From the NCBI RefSeq assembly GCF_000014265.1, contig NC_008312.1, forward strand, positions 3,960,001 to 3,992,000: a stretch of 32,000 nucleotides of DNA. Reading direction: 5' to 3'. Origin of the DNA: Trichodesmium erythraeum IMS101 (GTDB taxonomy: Bacteria; Cyanobacteriota; Cyanobacteriia; Cyanobacteriales; Microcoleaceae). A program made the position numbers and the translations under genes. This document shows positions 9,052 through 19,105 of this stretch, piece after piece (positions within the stretch are counted from its first letter, which is position 1; every line of letters starts with the position of its first letter). Under the pieces are notes generated by a model. The model made no database searches and was not told the origin of the DNA. It saw nothing but the letters and a program-made list of their open reading frames with translations.

Positions 9052-10170
9052 TCAATAGTTGGCATTGTATTGTTGGTAACAAACTCCCTCGGGAGAAGCC
9101 ATAAAAGTTCCTAGGGGTATTTGGGGGTTACAGCTTGCCCCAAAAACTTTACACTGAAAGGGCTTGAAAAACCAACTGAGGACAGCCCAACATTGGGAAG
9201 AATGGGGGTCATATCTCTTTAATTTGGGCAGATGGAATTTCACTTCCGCATCAAATTGAACACAGTCAGGGTGTAGTTTCAAGCCAGACTAGTCAGTGGA
9301 AACTATCCCCCGCTATTCATAGAAATCATGAGGCTTGTACACTCGGCTGATAGCTTGCATTGCTTCTAAGCTAAGAGAGGCTGAGAGTAATTCTAATTCA
9401 AGGGTGGAAAGTTCTGCACGACTATCAACCAGTTGTTATAGTAGCATCAATTTAGCTTTGAGCATGGAAATAGGAGTAACTTCGGCAACAACTAAGGGTT
9501 TGCAATAGTAACCAACTAAAAACTGATAGGGTTCCAGTTCAAAGGTAGCAATTAGTTGAGCTGGTGCGATGAATCCATCTATAGGTAAAATTCGGGAGTC
9601 CATAATGGCTTTGAGAGTAGGCACAATTGAGATGTGGTTACAATAGACACTAAAGTTGTCAATCTGCTTGGATTATGCTTGTAGAAAAGTCTGGGCTGTT
9701 TTGGCAGTGCTGTCTTCAAAGCCTACCCTGAAGAAAATGATGTGTCGCGTCCGTTGTTCGAGAGCGATTTAGAGAGCTTGCTGAGGCGAAGAGATAATCT
9801 GGATATCTGCTCCTTGGGTTTTGGCTTCTGCAAGGTTTTGTTGCGAGCCACAATAACTATTCGCGGCTTCACAGGTGGTGAAAATTATCTCTGTTTTTTG
9901 GCTGAGAGCTATGGCATGATCGATGCGCTGGGGAGCCAGTGACCAGCTTGCTTCCCCATAGCCTTGGAGGAATTCTAGATACCCGCACTCAATGGTATTG
10001 AGATTATATTTAGCAACAATGACAAGGCTATTAGGAGCACATACAGGCAAGAGCTTAATCTTGCGTTTTAGAGTCGCTCCTAAAGAGCTGCCTAGATTTT
10101 TGAGCTCATTTAAGAGTAGCTTTCCTTTCTATGATTGGTAAACTTCAGGAATAGAATTCAGAGCTTTAAT
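9052..10170 (-). pseudogene. hypD: Hydrogenase maturation factor HypD, multiply frameshifted
   Basis: Three ORF pieces follow the HypD order. They are ...IVAKYNL...RIDHAIAL...AKTQGADIQIISSP; then FRVGFEDSTAKTAQ...NFSVYCNHISIVPTLKAIMDS...IDGFIAPAQL; then ...PLGTFMASPEGVCYQQY at the C-terminus. Stops separate the pieces and the conserved Cys residues of the CGG / GPGCPVC motifs are lost. Confidence 0.75.
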
Positions 10171-10689
10171 TGGCTAAAAAGAAAACAAAGATTAAACAGC
10201 GAAAAATGCTCCCCTTTGTTCAGCCAAGATGTTGTGGAGTTGTTTTTGTAAACTCAAGAATATCTCTTTTGTAAATTCATTTGCTGTTTAAATAGTTTGT
10301 GTTCTACTATACCTTCACGGAAATTTATCCAGAAATCAAGATTCTGGCCCGAGTCATCAAAGCTTGAAGTTAGCGGTTTAGGCGGCTAGAGGAAGAATCC
10401 GGTCTAACTCAAGAGACTTTGGCTGCAAGTCTGCTTCAAAAGTGGGCTTAGGAGAAAGGACACGACTAATAGCAAAACGTTGAAGTCCTCAATACAGGCG
10501 AGAAAAACTCAACTCGGAATGAAGAGGAGAGACTTTGGGCTGAAATCCGCGTTATAAAACTTCTCGTTCGATGGCTTCAACGCTCACCTGTTTGCCATAA
10601 ATAGTAACCGAGAGTTTTTGAGGCGTAAATTTTGTAGGAGATGAGTTAGTTTCTATTCTCCCTCAATTTTAACCGTTTTTTTTGGTTTT

Positions 10690-11289
10690 AGATTCAGTTA
10701 GTTGCTCCCCAGCCACAGCCTTTTTTTCCCATCCGGGTAATGACCTGAATTCCTGAGGAAACTAAAGGGGCAAGAAGACGATAGAACTAAGCTACTGTTT
10801 CAGGTCGAGAACTAAGAGGATGACTCCATCCCAAAAATTAGCTCGGTGAGCTACACCCTGGGAGTCAACGATGAATTGAAAGGGATTTAATTTTCCTGAA
10901 ATTAGCCTCATCAAAGTCTGCCAACACCAATAATGGTCGCTGGTTTTCTCCCCACTAATTAATTCCAGAATGCTCCCATGATGTCTTTTGAGGCTTTCTC
11001 CCCTATCTGCTTTTTCACTATGGTCTTTCCACAGTTAAACCCCTGAAATTTTCTGGCAATTTTTCGGGAGTAATAAAGTATCCAGACCAGCTAGATATCT
11101 TCTGTGGACCTGAAGCTGATTTTCTACCTTCTGGAGCAGGAGAGCGACCAAAGTTTTTCCCACCCTATTGATATCCCAGAGATTTTCAGACATAAAGCGA
11201 TCGGGCTTTACAGAAACCGTTCCACCCAAAAATAAGAGTGAGCGATGTTGTTCATCGTTTTGCTTCCTCTGATTAACAACAGTCCCCAT
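10690..11289 (-). pseudogene. Fragments of a P-loop (STAND/AAA-like) NTPase
   Basis: INRVGKTLVALLLQ resembles a Walker A context (GxGKT). Further downstream LLVLADFDE (another frame) and a FIVDSQGV stretch resemble a Walker B region and the following strand. Stops and frameshifts run throughout. The family assignment is weak. Confidence 0.3.
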
Positions 11290-11513
11290 AAATATCCTTG
11301 GAAAGAGACAAAATTAAGTTTCCAGAAGTGGCAAGTAAAAACCAGAAAATAACTAAATAATTCTTGAGAAATAAACTGTTGCATATCTAGAACACACACA
11401 GTTGAGAGATCCAGGTTTAGTGTATCATTAGCGCCTCCAATAACTTACAGAGTCATCCCTTCTCTCTAGGGCTTGAGTATTTAAACTCAGTAGTGAAGGC
11501 AAAAACTATAAAA

Positions 11514-11683
11514 GTATAGACTTTATTTGTAATTAAAAATAATTAAATAATTATATAAATACCCATTGTCTTCAAAAATAATCTAGTAAACTTAAGTTGT
11601 AAAACTAATGATTGAAAAAAATATGAGTAATACTGACTCTAAGCTCCCCCTGTGGGTACAAGATCGAGACAAAGTAATTACTA
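11514..11683 (+). repeat. Copy B (functional) of the 168-bp direct repeat: promoter and first ~25 codons of the PRPX-like gene
   Basis: See 8362-8529. This copy keeps the ATG at 11608 and an open frame. Confidence 0.85.
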
Positions 11684-12288
11684 ATAATGAAGGAGTGGAA
11701 TGGCGAAAGGGGAAACGACCAGACTATTCTCATAATGATCGGGTTTTCCAACAAGAAAGTAAACACGATCATCAAAAAGGCTCTTTAGAAGCGATCGTTC
11801 ATAACCTAGTCAGAACTTTTGAAATGGAAGTATCTAATAAAATTGATCCTCAACAGTGGTTATCTGTTGTTGCCGATAAATTTCGCATGAGTAGTAATGG
11901 AGGTAAAGAATACACTGCTCAAGAAACAGCAGAGCAAGGAACATATAATCTTTTTATGAGTCAAAATCAATATTATAATCCCAAAGAAGAAACTTTTGAA
12001 TCATCCTCTGAAGTTTTTAATACAGCTTTTCCTGAAGGGTTTCTTTGGGAAGTAATAGAAGTGCTCTCAGGACCACCAAATGTTACTTTTAAATGGCGAC
12101 ATTGGGGAACTTTTAAAGGTAATTTTAAAGAGCATAAACCCACTGGTAAAACTATTGAAATCATAGGTATTAGCCTTGCTAGATTAACTGAAGATTTAAA
12201 GATTTTATCTATAGAACATTATTTCGATAATAGTAAGTTTATTAAAGATTTAACTGCTGGTAGTTGCCCATTTAATAGTCAAAAATAA
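11608..12288 (+). CDS. Pathogen-related protein (PRPX) family / SnoaL-like (NTF2-fold) protein
   Basis: 226 aa. WRKGKRPDY...GSLEAIVHNLVRTFEMEVSNK...TAFPEGFLWEVIEVLSGPPNVTFKWRHWGTFKGNFKEHKPTGKTIE is co-linear with the plant/cyanobacterial PRPX family as I recall it (WR.G.PP.Y, KTWEME, TAFPRGF, FKFRHWG, FKGH.P.G). Confidence 0.7.
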   Translation: MIEKNMSNTDSKLPLWVQDRDKVITNNEGVEWRKGKRPDYSHNDRVFQQESKHDHQKGSLEAIVHNLVRTFEMEVSNKIDPQQWLSVVADKFRMSSNGGKEYTAQETAEQGTYNLFMSQNQYYNPKEETFESSSEVFNTAFPEGFLWEVIEVLSGPPNVTFKWRHWGTFKGNFKEHKPTGKTIEIIGISLARLTEDLKILSIEHYFDNSKFIKDLTAGSCPFNSQK

Positions 12289-12971
12289 CAAGATTATTTA
12301 AAAAAAAGTAGGAATAGCTTGAATATATCTATGGTATAATTTTCTAACAATTATTTCTCAATACAATTTAAGTAATTAAGCACTATTAAACTCCTGGAAA
12401 ACCTACTTTAGTTTGGCTGATGGTATATGCTATAAGAAGTTCAATATCATATAACACATAGGTGTAATTAATTTTGTGTACCAGCTATACTACTTCCTAC
12501 ACATCTAGTTTTCTCCTTTGTTTGCTCTTGTAGAGTAAATTGATGTTTACGAAACATTACTTGGAAAAATTGCCTCTACTTCCCTAGTTATTTATAACTT
12601 TTAAACTAGACTCACCATTCGCTTAAATTTTTAGAGAATAATCTTTAATAACGGTTACACACTAAGTGCACATTTGTTTTCTGCAAATTGGGTAAACCAA
12701 ATGGAGTAGGTTGACGATATCTAATTTACTGCCTCAAACTATGATAAACTCCTTGATAGTAAATCAGTTGTTTTTGATTAATAAATTTTTGCTCTATACC
12801 TCAATTTCCATCCCATAAATGATTTGGGGAGGTTGATCAAATTTTAGGTTGAAGCTAGAGGCGAAGGGTGAGTTAAGATAGTGGCGTTCGCTCAACGGAT
12901 CGGAGTTCTATGGCATAGATACCTGCAGGAGTTCTATACAATAACTATTCATCCTGACTTGACATAATACT

Positions 12972-12998
12972 ATAGTGTGAGTAAAAAACTCACACTAT
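12972..12998 (-). terminator. Hairpin downstream of the oxidoreductase gene (possible terminator)
   Basis: Perfect 10-bp inverted repeat atagtgtgag / ctcacactat with a 7-nt A/T loop, 31 nt after the stop at 13029. There is no clean U-tail after the stem. Confidence 0.35.
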
Positions 12999-13028
12999 TA
13001 ATACTTCACCCATTAAGAAGATAAACCA

Positions 13029-14042
13029 CTAGCGGACAAACTGTGGCATAACTTCAGCAGCAGTAAATAAACCATAAATACCTCTTTGATGTAAACCGAC
13101 TCCTGCTTTGAAATAGCCAAATGCCGGACCACAAACATTAGCCGCCATGCTTGTTTCATCTCCTAATGTAAAAGTATGAGTAGAAATTTTACCTTCAAAA
13201 GTGCGACCAGTTATCTGAACATTTGTACTTAAAGGTTTTTTCGGGTTGCGAGTATCAACAATACCTCCTACTGTTACTCGATCGCGATCGCAAATTCCTG
13301 CCAACTCCAACATAATGTCGTCAGCATGTTCCATGTTCTGCAAATTCAACAGACCATTTGTACTTTCCAACAAAGCTTCCACCTCAGCATCAGTCATGGC
13401 TTTAGCTTTTTCCACATCATATCCGGGTAAATGACCAATATCCTCACGAATTGTGGCGCGGTAAGCTTCCCAATTGGCAATACCCACTCCAAAAGTAATT
13501 TTCACACTATGAATTTCCCCATAACTCTGAGCTGCTATAGCTGCTGCTGCAGTTAATAAACCAGGAGTTGCGCCACAACCTGTCATATAAGTAATACCTG
13601 CAGCTTGTAGTTCATCTTTGAGGGCCAACAATTGTTCTACCGCACTCGTTCTTTTAATAGCATCGACTAATACTCCCCGCCAACCAGCAGCAATAAATTG
13701 TTTAGCAACACTTGCCATAAAAGTATTAGGTAAGTTAGGAAGGGCCAAAAAATAACCATCCACAGTACCAGCTACTTTAATTAATTCTTCAATACTCTTA
13801 TTACTTAAAACCCCACCAGTTTCTAAATAACCTAAAGACCCTTGGTCATTATACATAGTCATACAATGGTCAGCATTTAATCCTTGAGAATTGTAGACAT
13901 AACCTTTTTGGTCAGCAGCAGCAACCAAGGCCATTTCTTGTTTAGGTGCAAGTACCCTAGCTGCAGCTTGCCCCAGACCGCCGAAACCTAAAACACCTAC
14001 ATGGATTTGATTTTTGGAAGTTGTTATTTTCATAGCCCTCAT
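13029..14042 (-). CDS. Saccharopine dehydrogenase-like NAD(P)-binding oxidoreductase
   Basis: 337 aa. Rossmann motif [17 protein letters not shown] at the N-terminus. The overall sequence resembles the conserved cyanobacterial protein annotated as saccharopine dehydrogenase-like oxidoreductase. The true start may be the second Met (14033). Confidence 0.6.
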   Translation of the reverse strand: MRAMKITTSKNQIHVGVLGFGGLGQAAARVLAPKQEMALVAAADQKGYVYNSQGLNADHCMTMYNDQGSLGYLETGGVLSNKSIEELIKVAGTVDGYFLALPNLPNTFMASVAKQFIAAGWRGVLVDAIKRTSAVEQLLALKDELQAAGITYMTGCGATPGLLTAAAAIAAQSYGEIHSVKITFGVGIANWEAYRATIREDIGHLPGYDVEKAKAMTDAEVEALLESTNGLLNLQNMEHADDIMLELAGICDRDRVTVGGIVDTRNPKKPLSTNVQITGRTFEGKISTHTFTLGDETSMAANVCGPAFGYFKAGVGLHQRGIYGLFTAAEVMPQFVR

Positions 14043-14695
14043 AGTATTTAATTTAACTGGACAGACTTTTATTATCTGCTAAGGTGCATCACTCTGGAAA
14101 TCATTTTAGTTATCACCAACAGCACTTTCCACTGTATTTAAGGTATAAATTTAGGGGGTAAAATGCCCGCACCATAAGATTTTACTATTCAGGCCTTGTA
14201 CATCTCATTTGAGTCCGATACTTTATCAGTTATCAGAGTTGACATCCTTCTAGGCAGTTAAGCGTGGGAGGAGTTTTACCGTTAGCTTGCTCAGGAGCGG
14301 GTTGACCTTGTAGGGACATTCCATTGAATATCTTTACTGTAATCTAGCCGTAAAAAAAATTATTTTTTCTTAACAATTTATGTTATATTTGTCAATAGTT
14401 TGAAGTTAAAAGTTTTAATAAAAGTATTAACTTGTCTAGTTTCTCTTCCCACATTTCCTTATGCCTGGGTTTAGTATCTTGACTGTTTCCAAAATATACG
14501 CCAAACTTAACAAGTAATTAAGTTACTGCTTCAGATTATAATAACTTTTGTTAATGATTCGTTATATATCAATTAATAAAAATTGATTTAGATTAAAAGC
14601 AAATCATTGAAACAATCAAGAAGCAACTTTAGCAGATATTCAGTTTCAAAAAATTGGTGTCTGTACATAGTCCTATAACTGTTCATCATTGAGCT

Positions 14696-14914
14696 ATGAA
14701 CATGGAAACTTTAGAGTTCATCATTTATCCAGATGGTCGAGTACAGGAAAAAGTGACTGGCATTGTCGGTAACTCCTGTACAGAAGTAACTGCAGCAATT
14801 GAAGCTGAGTTAGGTATTGTCTTAACTCAACAGACAACTTCTGAATATTTTGCTCAACAGCAGCATCAGTCTGATACTGCCACAACGCAAGTTTCTTCTT
14901 TTAGCGACTGGTAA
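14696..14914 (+). CDS. DUF2997 domain protein
   Basis: 72 aa. ...FIIYPDGRVQEKVTGIVGNSCTEVTAAIEAELG matches the small protein that precedes DUF1257/ycf35 genes in cyanobacteria. Confidence 0.7.
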   Translation: MNMETLEFIIYPDGRVQEKVTGIVGNSCTEVTAAIEAELGIVLTQQTTSEYFAQQQHQSDTATTQVSSFSDW

Positions 14915-14959
14915 AATTATTTTTTTTGTTGAGTTCCGTTTATTGCTTCTCAAATAACT

Positions 14960-15346
14960 ATGTCACACTTTAGTCAAATTAAAACTCAAATTCGTAATTT
15001 AAAGTCTTTGCAGTCTGCTCTGACAGATTTAGGTATTGACTGGAAATCTGGCCCAACACAAGTCCGGGGTTATCGTGGACAGACTAGCACTGCTGAAGTG
15101 GTCATACCACAAAATAATGGGTATGATTTAGGTTTTACTTGGAATGGTAATGAGTATGAACTAGTAACTGATTTACAATTTTGGCAACAAGCATGGTCTG
15201 TAGATCGGTTTATAAAAATGGTGACTCAGCGCTATGCTTTACACACTGTAGTCAATGAAACTACCAAACAAGGATTTCAAGTTACTGAACAGCAAAAAAA
15301 TCGGGATGGATCTATCCGACTAGTTGTTCAGCGCTGGAGTGCTTAA
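14960..15346 (+). CDS. ycf35: DUF1257 protein (Ycf35 family)
   Basis: 128 aa. The MSHFSQIKTQI...L..AL.DLGI...VRGYRGQ...DLGF...L..D.. pattern is typical of Ycf35. Confidence 0.8.
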   Translation: MSHFSQIKTQIRNLKSLQSALTDLGIDWKSGPTQVRGYRGQTSTAEVVIPQNNGYDLGFTWNGNEYELVTDLQFWQQAWSVDRFIKMVTQRYALHTVVNETTKQGFQVTEQQKNRDGSIRLVVQRWSA

Positions 15347-15581
15347 ATAGGAGTAATCTCTTGCTAGTCTAGTAGGGTTCATTATACTCCACTTCCTGTA
15401 ATGTTACTGAGTTCCTTAAACTATCGCGAAAGGTACCCTACTGGACTATAGAGCTCATTTGGCATCTCGGAGTGAAATAGGTAGAGAAATAGTGACTATA
15501 GGGGCATTTTTTGACCTTTTTTCCTTATTTTATTTCTCTAACTCCTAACTTCTAAATGTTGAGTTATAACTCCTTTGCCGA

Positions 15582-15656
15582 CCACAAACACTCCTTGCCA
15601 AGAGAGGAAATGGCTTTTATATAATAAATTATTATCAGTGTTTGTTGGACTTTTTT
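15582..15656 (+). terminator. Long stem-loop followed by a T-run between ycf35 and the ferredoxin gene (terminator/attenuator candidate)
   Basis: ccacaaacact (15582-15592) pairs with agtgtttgttgg (15637-15648), with one bulge. The stem is followed directly by acTTTTTTc. It lies about 60 nt upstream of the ferredoxin ATG. Confidence 0.3.
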
Positions 15657-15714
15657 CTGGGACCTAACCTTACCAATTCTCAAATTATAAATCATATTTA
15701 TTTGTTTTGAAAAA

Positions 15715-16170
15715 ATGCTAGATTTTTCTTCATCCTCCCTAGAAGGTGAGACAGAACGTTCTGGTTTGGAACCTGAACTTGGTGGAATATTACGGGATAC
15801 TCCAGAACGTTCCGGTTTGGAACCTGAACTTGGTGGAGCATTACGACAAAAGGGAGTTTATGTTGATGAAATTACCTGTGTTGGTTGTAAACACTGTGCC
15901 CATATTGCTCATAATACTTTTTATATGGAACCTGACCATGGGCGATCGCGAGTTTTTGATCAAGATGGTGACTCTCAAGAATTAATTCAAGAAGCTATCG
16001 ATACTTGTCCTGTTGATTGTATTCACTGGGTTGATTATACTAAACTGAAAACCCTGGAACAAGAGCGCAAGTATCAAGTAATTCCTATTGCTGGAGGTCC
16101 AGTGGATCATAGTACAGTGCGTATTGCTAGTCATAAAAACAAGCAAAATTTTATAAAAAAAGAAATTTGA
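15715..16170 (+). CDS. 4Fe-4S ferredoxin, Fed7-like, with duplicated N-terminal ERSGLEPELGG motif
   Basis: 151 aa. Single-cluster pattern CVGCKHCAHIA...CPVDCI. It lies downstream of ycf35, as Fed7 (sll0662) does in Synechocystis. Contains a HIP1 site. Confidence 0.8.
   Translation: MLDFSSSSLEGETERSGLEPELGGILRDTPERSGLEPELGGALRQKGVYVDEITCVGCKHCAHIAHNTFYMEPDHGRSRVFDQDGDSQELIQEAIDTCPVDCIHWVDYTKLKTLEQERKYQVIPIAGGPVDHSTVRIASHKNKQNFIKKEI
15754..15855 (+). repeat. In-frame 51-bp tandem duplication inside the ferredoxin gene
   Basis: 15754-15804 and 15805-15855 both begin gaacgttc(t/c)ggtttggaacctgaacttggtgga. They encode ERSGLEPELGGILRDTP and ERSGLEPELGGALRQKG. Confidence 0.9.
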
Positions 16171-16703
16171 TTGTTGTAATTAGTGGTAATAATATAGGTT
16201 GGCCAATGAGACCTAACTCAACAGACATCTTTTTGTTCGCTCTAGTTGCCTCAACCCAACCTAAAATTTTAGATATAGATTTGGACACATTTCTGTATGG
16301 GCTTAAATTTTTAGGCGTATCAGTCCAATACCCTGATTTACAGGGCTAACAATTTGGACTTTGAGATTCTCCCCCGCTGTTAGGGGCGCTTAAAGAACCT
16401 AGCTGTAGCTTCTCAACGGGTTGACATTTTGCTGGGGCAAATATCTGCTAACACAGGCTGTTGCACCAACCCCTCAAAACTTACTATATCATTATTTTTT
16501 GATTAATTAAGTCAACGCTCTTTGCCATAAATATGTGTTTTAATACATTTATGTGACTGCTTAATTTCTACTTAAGGGATCTTGCCTGCATTAACTCAAG
16601 CTTATGTCAGTAGTTTTTCTTTAGTTGATAAGTTTGATAACTTAATCACCTGAAATAACTAGCTCGGGACGGTATTCTTAGATTCTAAAAATTGTCAACT
16701 AAA

Positions 16704-18320
16704 TTATTCCTCTAAAAAAGTCTGTACTTGACCATTTGGTCTCAAAACTAATCGAACTTTAGCAGTTTTTCCGCCCTCAATATTAGACACAAAAGTTTGT
16801 TCTTCTAGAGGCATATTTGTATTACCATAAAACTCAACCGATGCTCGACTAATGGGAATTACCTTTTTCACAGAACCATCCCCATTTAGTAATAAACTAT
16901 ACTGCAAATCTTTTTCTAAACCTGAAGGCGGTTCCCAGGTTTTTTCAAAGTATTCTCTCACCTCTGCTACTTGAGGAATTTTATCAAGCAATGTATATTT
17001 AGACTTGTTTTTCTCACTATTAGATTCAGCAGTAGTTGATATATTACCCATTACCACCGGATCTACATCTTTTAAGGCTGGTAAATTAATTTTTCGGGGA
17101 ACATTTATCGGAATACTACTCACATCTAAATAGGGTTTGACTCTTCTGCTATTAATATTTGTATTTGGTAATGGGGGTTGGTTTGGAGCAGGTTGAATTT
17201 GCAGACTTGGAGGCTGTTGCACAGGGTATCTAGGTTGTACTGTGACTCCATAATTAGGTAGTGCTGCTGGAGGAACTGGCGGAGGTGTTTGTAGCGGTGC
17301 TAGAGGAATTGGTTGGGGTGTCTGTAGCGGTGCTGGAGGAATAACAAATGTATTAGAACTTCCTTGGTTTTGGGGAGTGGGAGAAAAATTAGGTTGTCTT
17401 AAATTATTAGGAGATGGTGATCCTGGAGGATTTGGTTTAGGAAACAAAGGAGATGGTTTAGGAATGGGAGAAGGTTTAATTATGGTTGTTGTTGGTGATT
17501 TTTCTTTTGGTGTAGGTAATGGGGATGGAGGTACTTTTGGTGTTGGTAATAAAGTAGGGCTTGGGGATGTCTGGGAAGGAATTGATTGATTATTATTCCT
17601 GATAGCATCTGATGTAGCAATATTTTCATTTTGCTTTTGTTGACTTATTGCATAGCGGTTATAAAGTTTAATTCCGCCAGCAGTCAAACCAGCAGTAAGA
17701 GTCATTAGTATTACAGTATGCAACCATTCGGGAATAGGTTTAACTTCACCATCAGACTGAAACTGAGGTAATGTCTGTAAATCATTTTGACATTCATCTA
17801 GAGCGATCGCTAAATCATATAATTGTAACATACTCAGGGAAATAAATTCTCCTGATTCTTTGTTTGCTAAAGATCCCAAAAATAAATCATGGGTCAATAA
17901 GTCTCGTGGTTGCACATAAATATTTTGATTATTTATCAGGGGTTGGGAAGAAAAATTTATAACTTTCGCATTAGCACCTTCCATAGTATCTTCTGTGCTA
18001 GTATCTTTCTGATTTTTTTTATAAGAATTTTGTAACTGTATATTACTATCTTTTTCTACTTCTGTATTTTCCACATGTGAGGGTACAGTCGAAGAGTTAT
18101 TTAAAAATTCTTGGACATAACTAGTAACTACTTTGTGGAGAAGATCTAGTTCGCTGCGCTCGCCTTTAACTGCCATATGCTCTGCTTCAGACACCCTGGG
18201 GTCGTCAAAACTGAGGCTAAACCTTTGTTGTCTTTGTATACCAAACCATGTTAACAATTTCAAACCTTTAGCTGTTACTGTTAATGTACAGGTTGGGGGA
18301 GTGTAACTTCGTGAAAACAT
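16704..18320 (-). CDS. DUF4335 domain protein with proline-rich linker
   Basis: 538 aa. The N-terminal YTPPTCTLTVTAK... resembles DUF4335. There is one predicted TM helix (ILMTLTAGLTAGGI) and a long P/S/T-rich low-complexity segment with internal PLQTP repeats. Contains a HIP1 site. Confidence 0.65.
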   Translation of the reverse strand: MFSRSYTPPTCTLTVTAKGLKLLTWFGIQRQQRFSLSFDDPRVSEAEHMAVKGERSELDLLHKVVTSYVQEFLNNSSTVPSHVENTEVEKDSNIQLQNSYKKNQKDTSTEDTMEGANAKVINFSSQPLINNQNIYVQPRDLLTHDLFLGSLANKESGEFISLSMLQLYDLAIALDECQNDLQTLPQFQSDGEVKPIPEWLHTVILMTLTAGLTAGGIKLYNRYAISQQKQNENIATSDAIRNNNQSIPSQTSPSPTLLPTPKVPPSPLPTPKEKSPTTTIIKPSPIPKPSPLFPKPNPPGSPSPNNLRQPNFSPTPQNQGSSNTFVIPPAPLQTPQPIPLAPLQTPPPVPPAALPNYGVTVQPRYPVQQPPSLQIQPAPNQPPLPNTNINSRRVKPYLDVSSIPINVPRKINLPALKDVDPVVMGNISTTAESNSEKNKSKYTLLDKIPQVAEVREYFEKTWEPPSGLEKDLQYSLLLNGDGSVKKVIPISRASVEFYGNTNMPLEEQTFVSNIEGGKTAKVRLVLRPNGQVQTFLEE

Positions 18321-18576
18321 TTGAATTAAATATCAATTTAAAGCCATACTGAAAAAATTTGAATTAAATATCAATCTAAAGTTATGCCATTAATCGTTTT
18401 TCCCTCTTAATGCCTAATTAGTTAATAATTTTATTCATCCTCAAAAATCAATTTGTACCAATTACTATAAACTTATACTATACTTAGTTGATACTTCAAT
18501 TATTTAGTAATTAACACAGTTGCAATAACCTTTTTAATCATTATTAAATGGGAAACTGTAAATTACTATTATGGCA

Positions 18577-18604
18577 GTAAAGACGTTGTATACAACGTCC
18601 TTAC
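18577..18604. repeat. Nostoc-type palindromic short dispersed repeat
   Basis: gtaaagacgttgta|tacaacgtccttac is a 28-bp palindrome with one mismatch. It belongs to the same family as the gtagagacgttccatggaacgtctctac-type elements common in Nostocales. A degenerate relative lies at 14310-14337. Confidence 0.6.
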
Positions 18605-19105
18605 CACAATACTAGCCAGCTCAATAGCCAAATTGAAAAGTTTTTGATAAATGGTATTACACAAAGTTTTAGGAATTAAGTACGGGATACATTGTTAGAG
18701 TTGCCATCTAACTCAGGAAAGTCAGAACAGATAAATTTATAGCCTTTATTTTTCTCCATAACTGTTTGATATTATCAATAAAAATAGCTAGTATTTTACA
18801 AAACAAATTATCACATTTGCATTTGTATTTTTAGGCTTTTTTTATTAAATTTATTTAACTAGTACTAAATTATAAAAAAACAAACATTAAGGAGCTTTAA
18901 ATATTTTGCTAATCCTCAACTAATAATTATTAATTATCTTAATTATATACATTTTTTTATCAATTGATTTGATGATTATGTCAAAATAATTTACTTGCCC
19001 AACCCCAGCTTTTAATAAGATAATAATCATTTGGGGGGATAATTTCCCAAAATCTACGTCACCAAAACAAAACAACTTTTGATTTATGACCTCTGACTTT
19101 TGACT

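Noticed and set aside
8527-11300. Apparently higher GC of the pseudogene island as evidence of foreign origin
   Set aside because: By eye its composition is similar to intact coding regions of the window, such as 13029-14042. The contrast is with the very AT-rich intergenic DNA, not with genes.
14262-14282. Yfr1-like sRNA motif (minus strand ...aaaactcctcccacgc...)
   Set aside because: ACTCCTCCCAC differs from the invariant Yfr1 ACUCCUCACAC box, and the flanking twin hairpins are not evident.
15746-15985. 79-aa alternative-frame ORF inside the ferredoxin gene
   Set aside because: It is kept open mainly by the 51-bp tandem repeat. The ferredoxin frame carries the Cys-cluster motifs and the family resemblance.
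16167-16349. 60-aa ORF downstream of the ferredoxin gene
   Set aside because: The DNA contains pieces of typical Nostocales dispersed repeats, including ...gcctcaacccaacctaaaa... and ...gcgtatcagtcc.... The ORF is most likely a by-product of those repeats.
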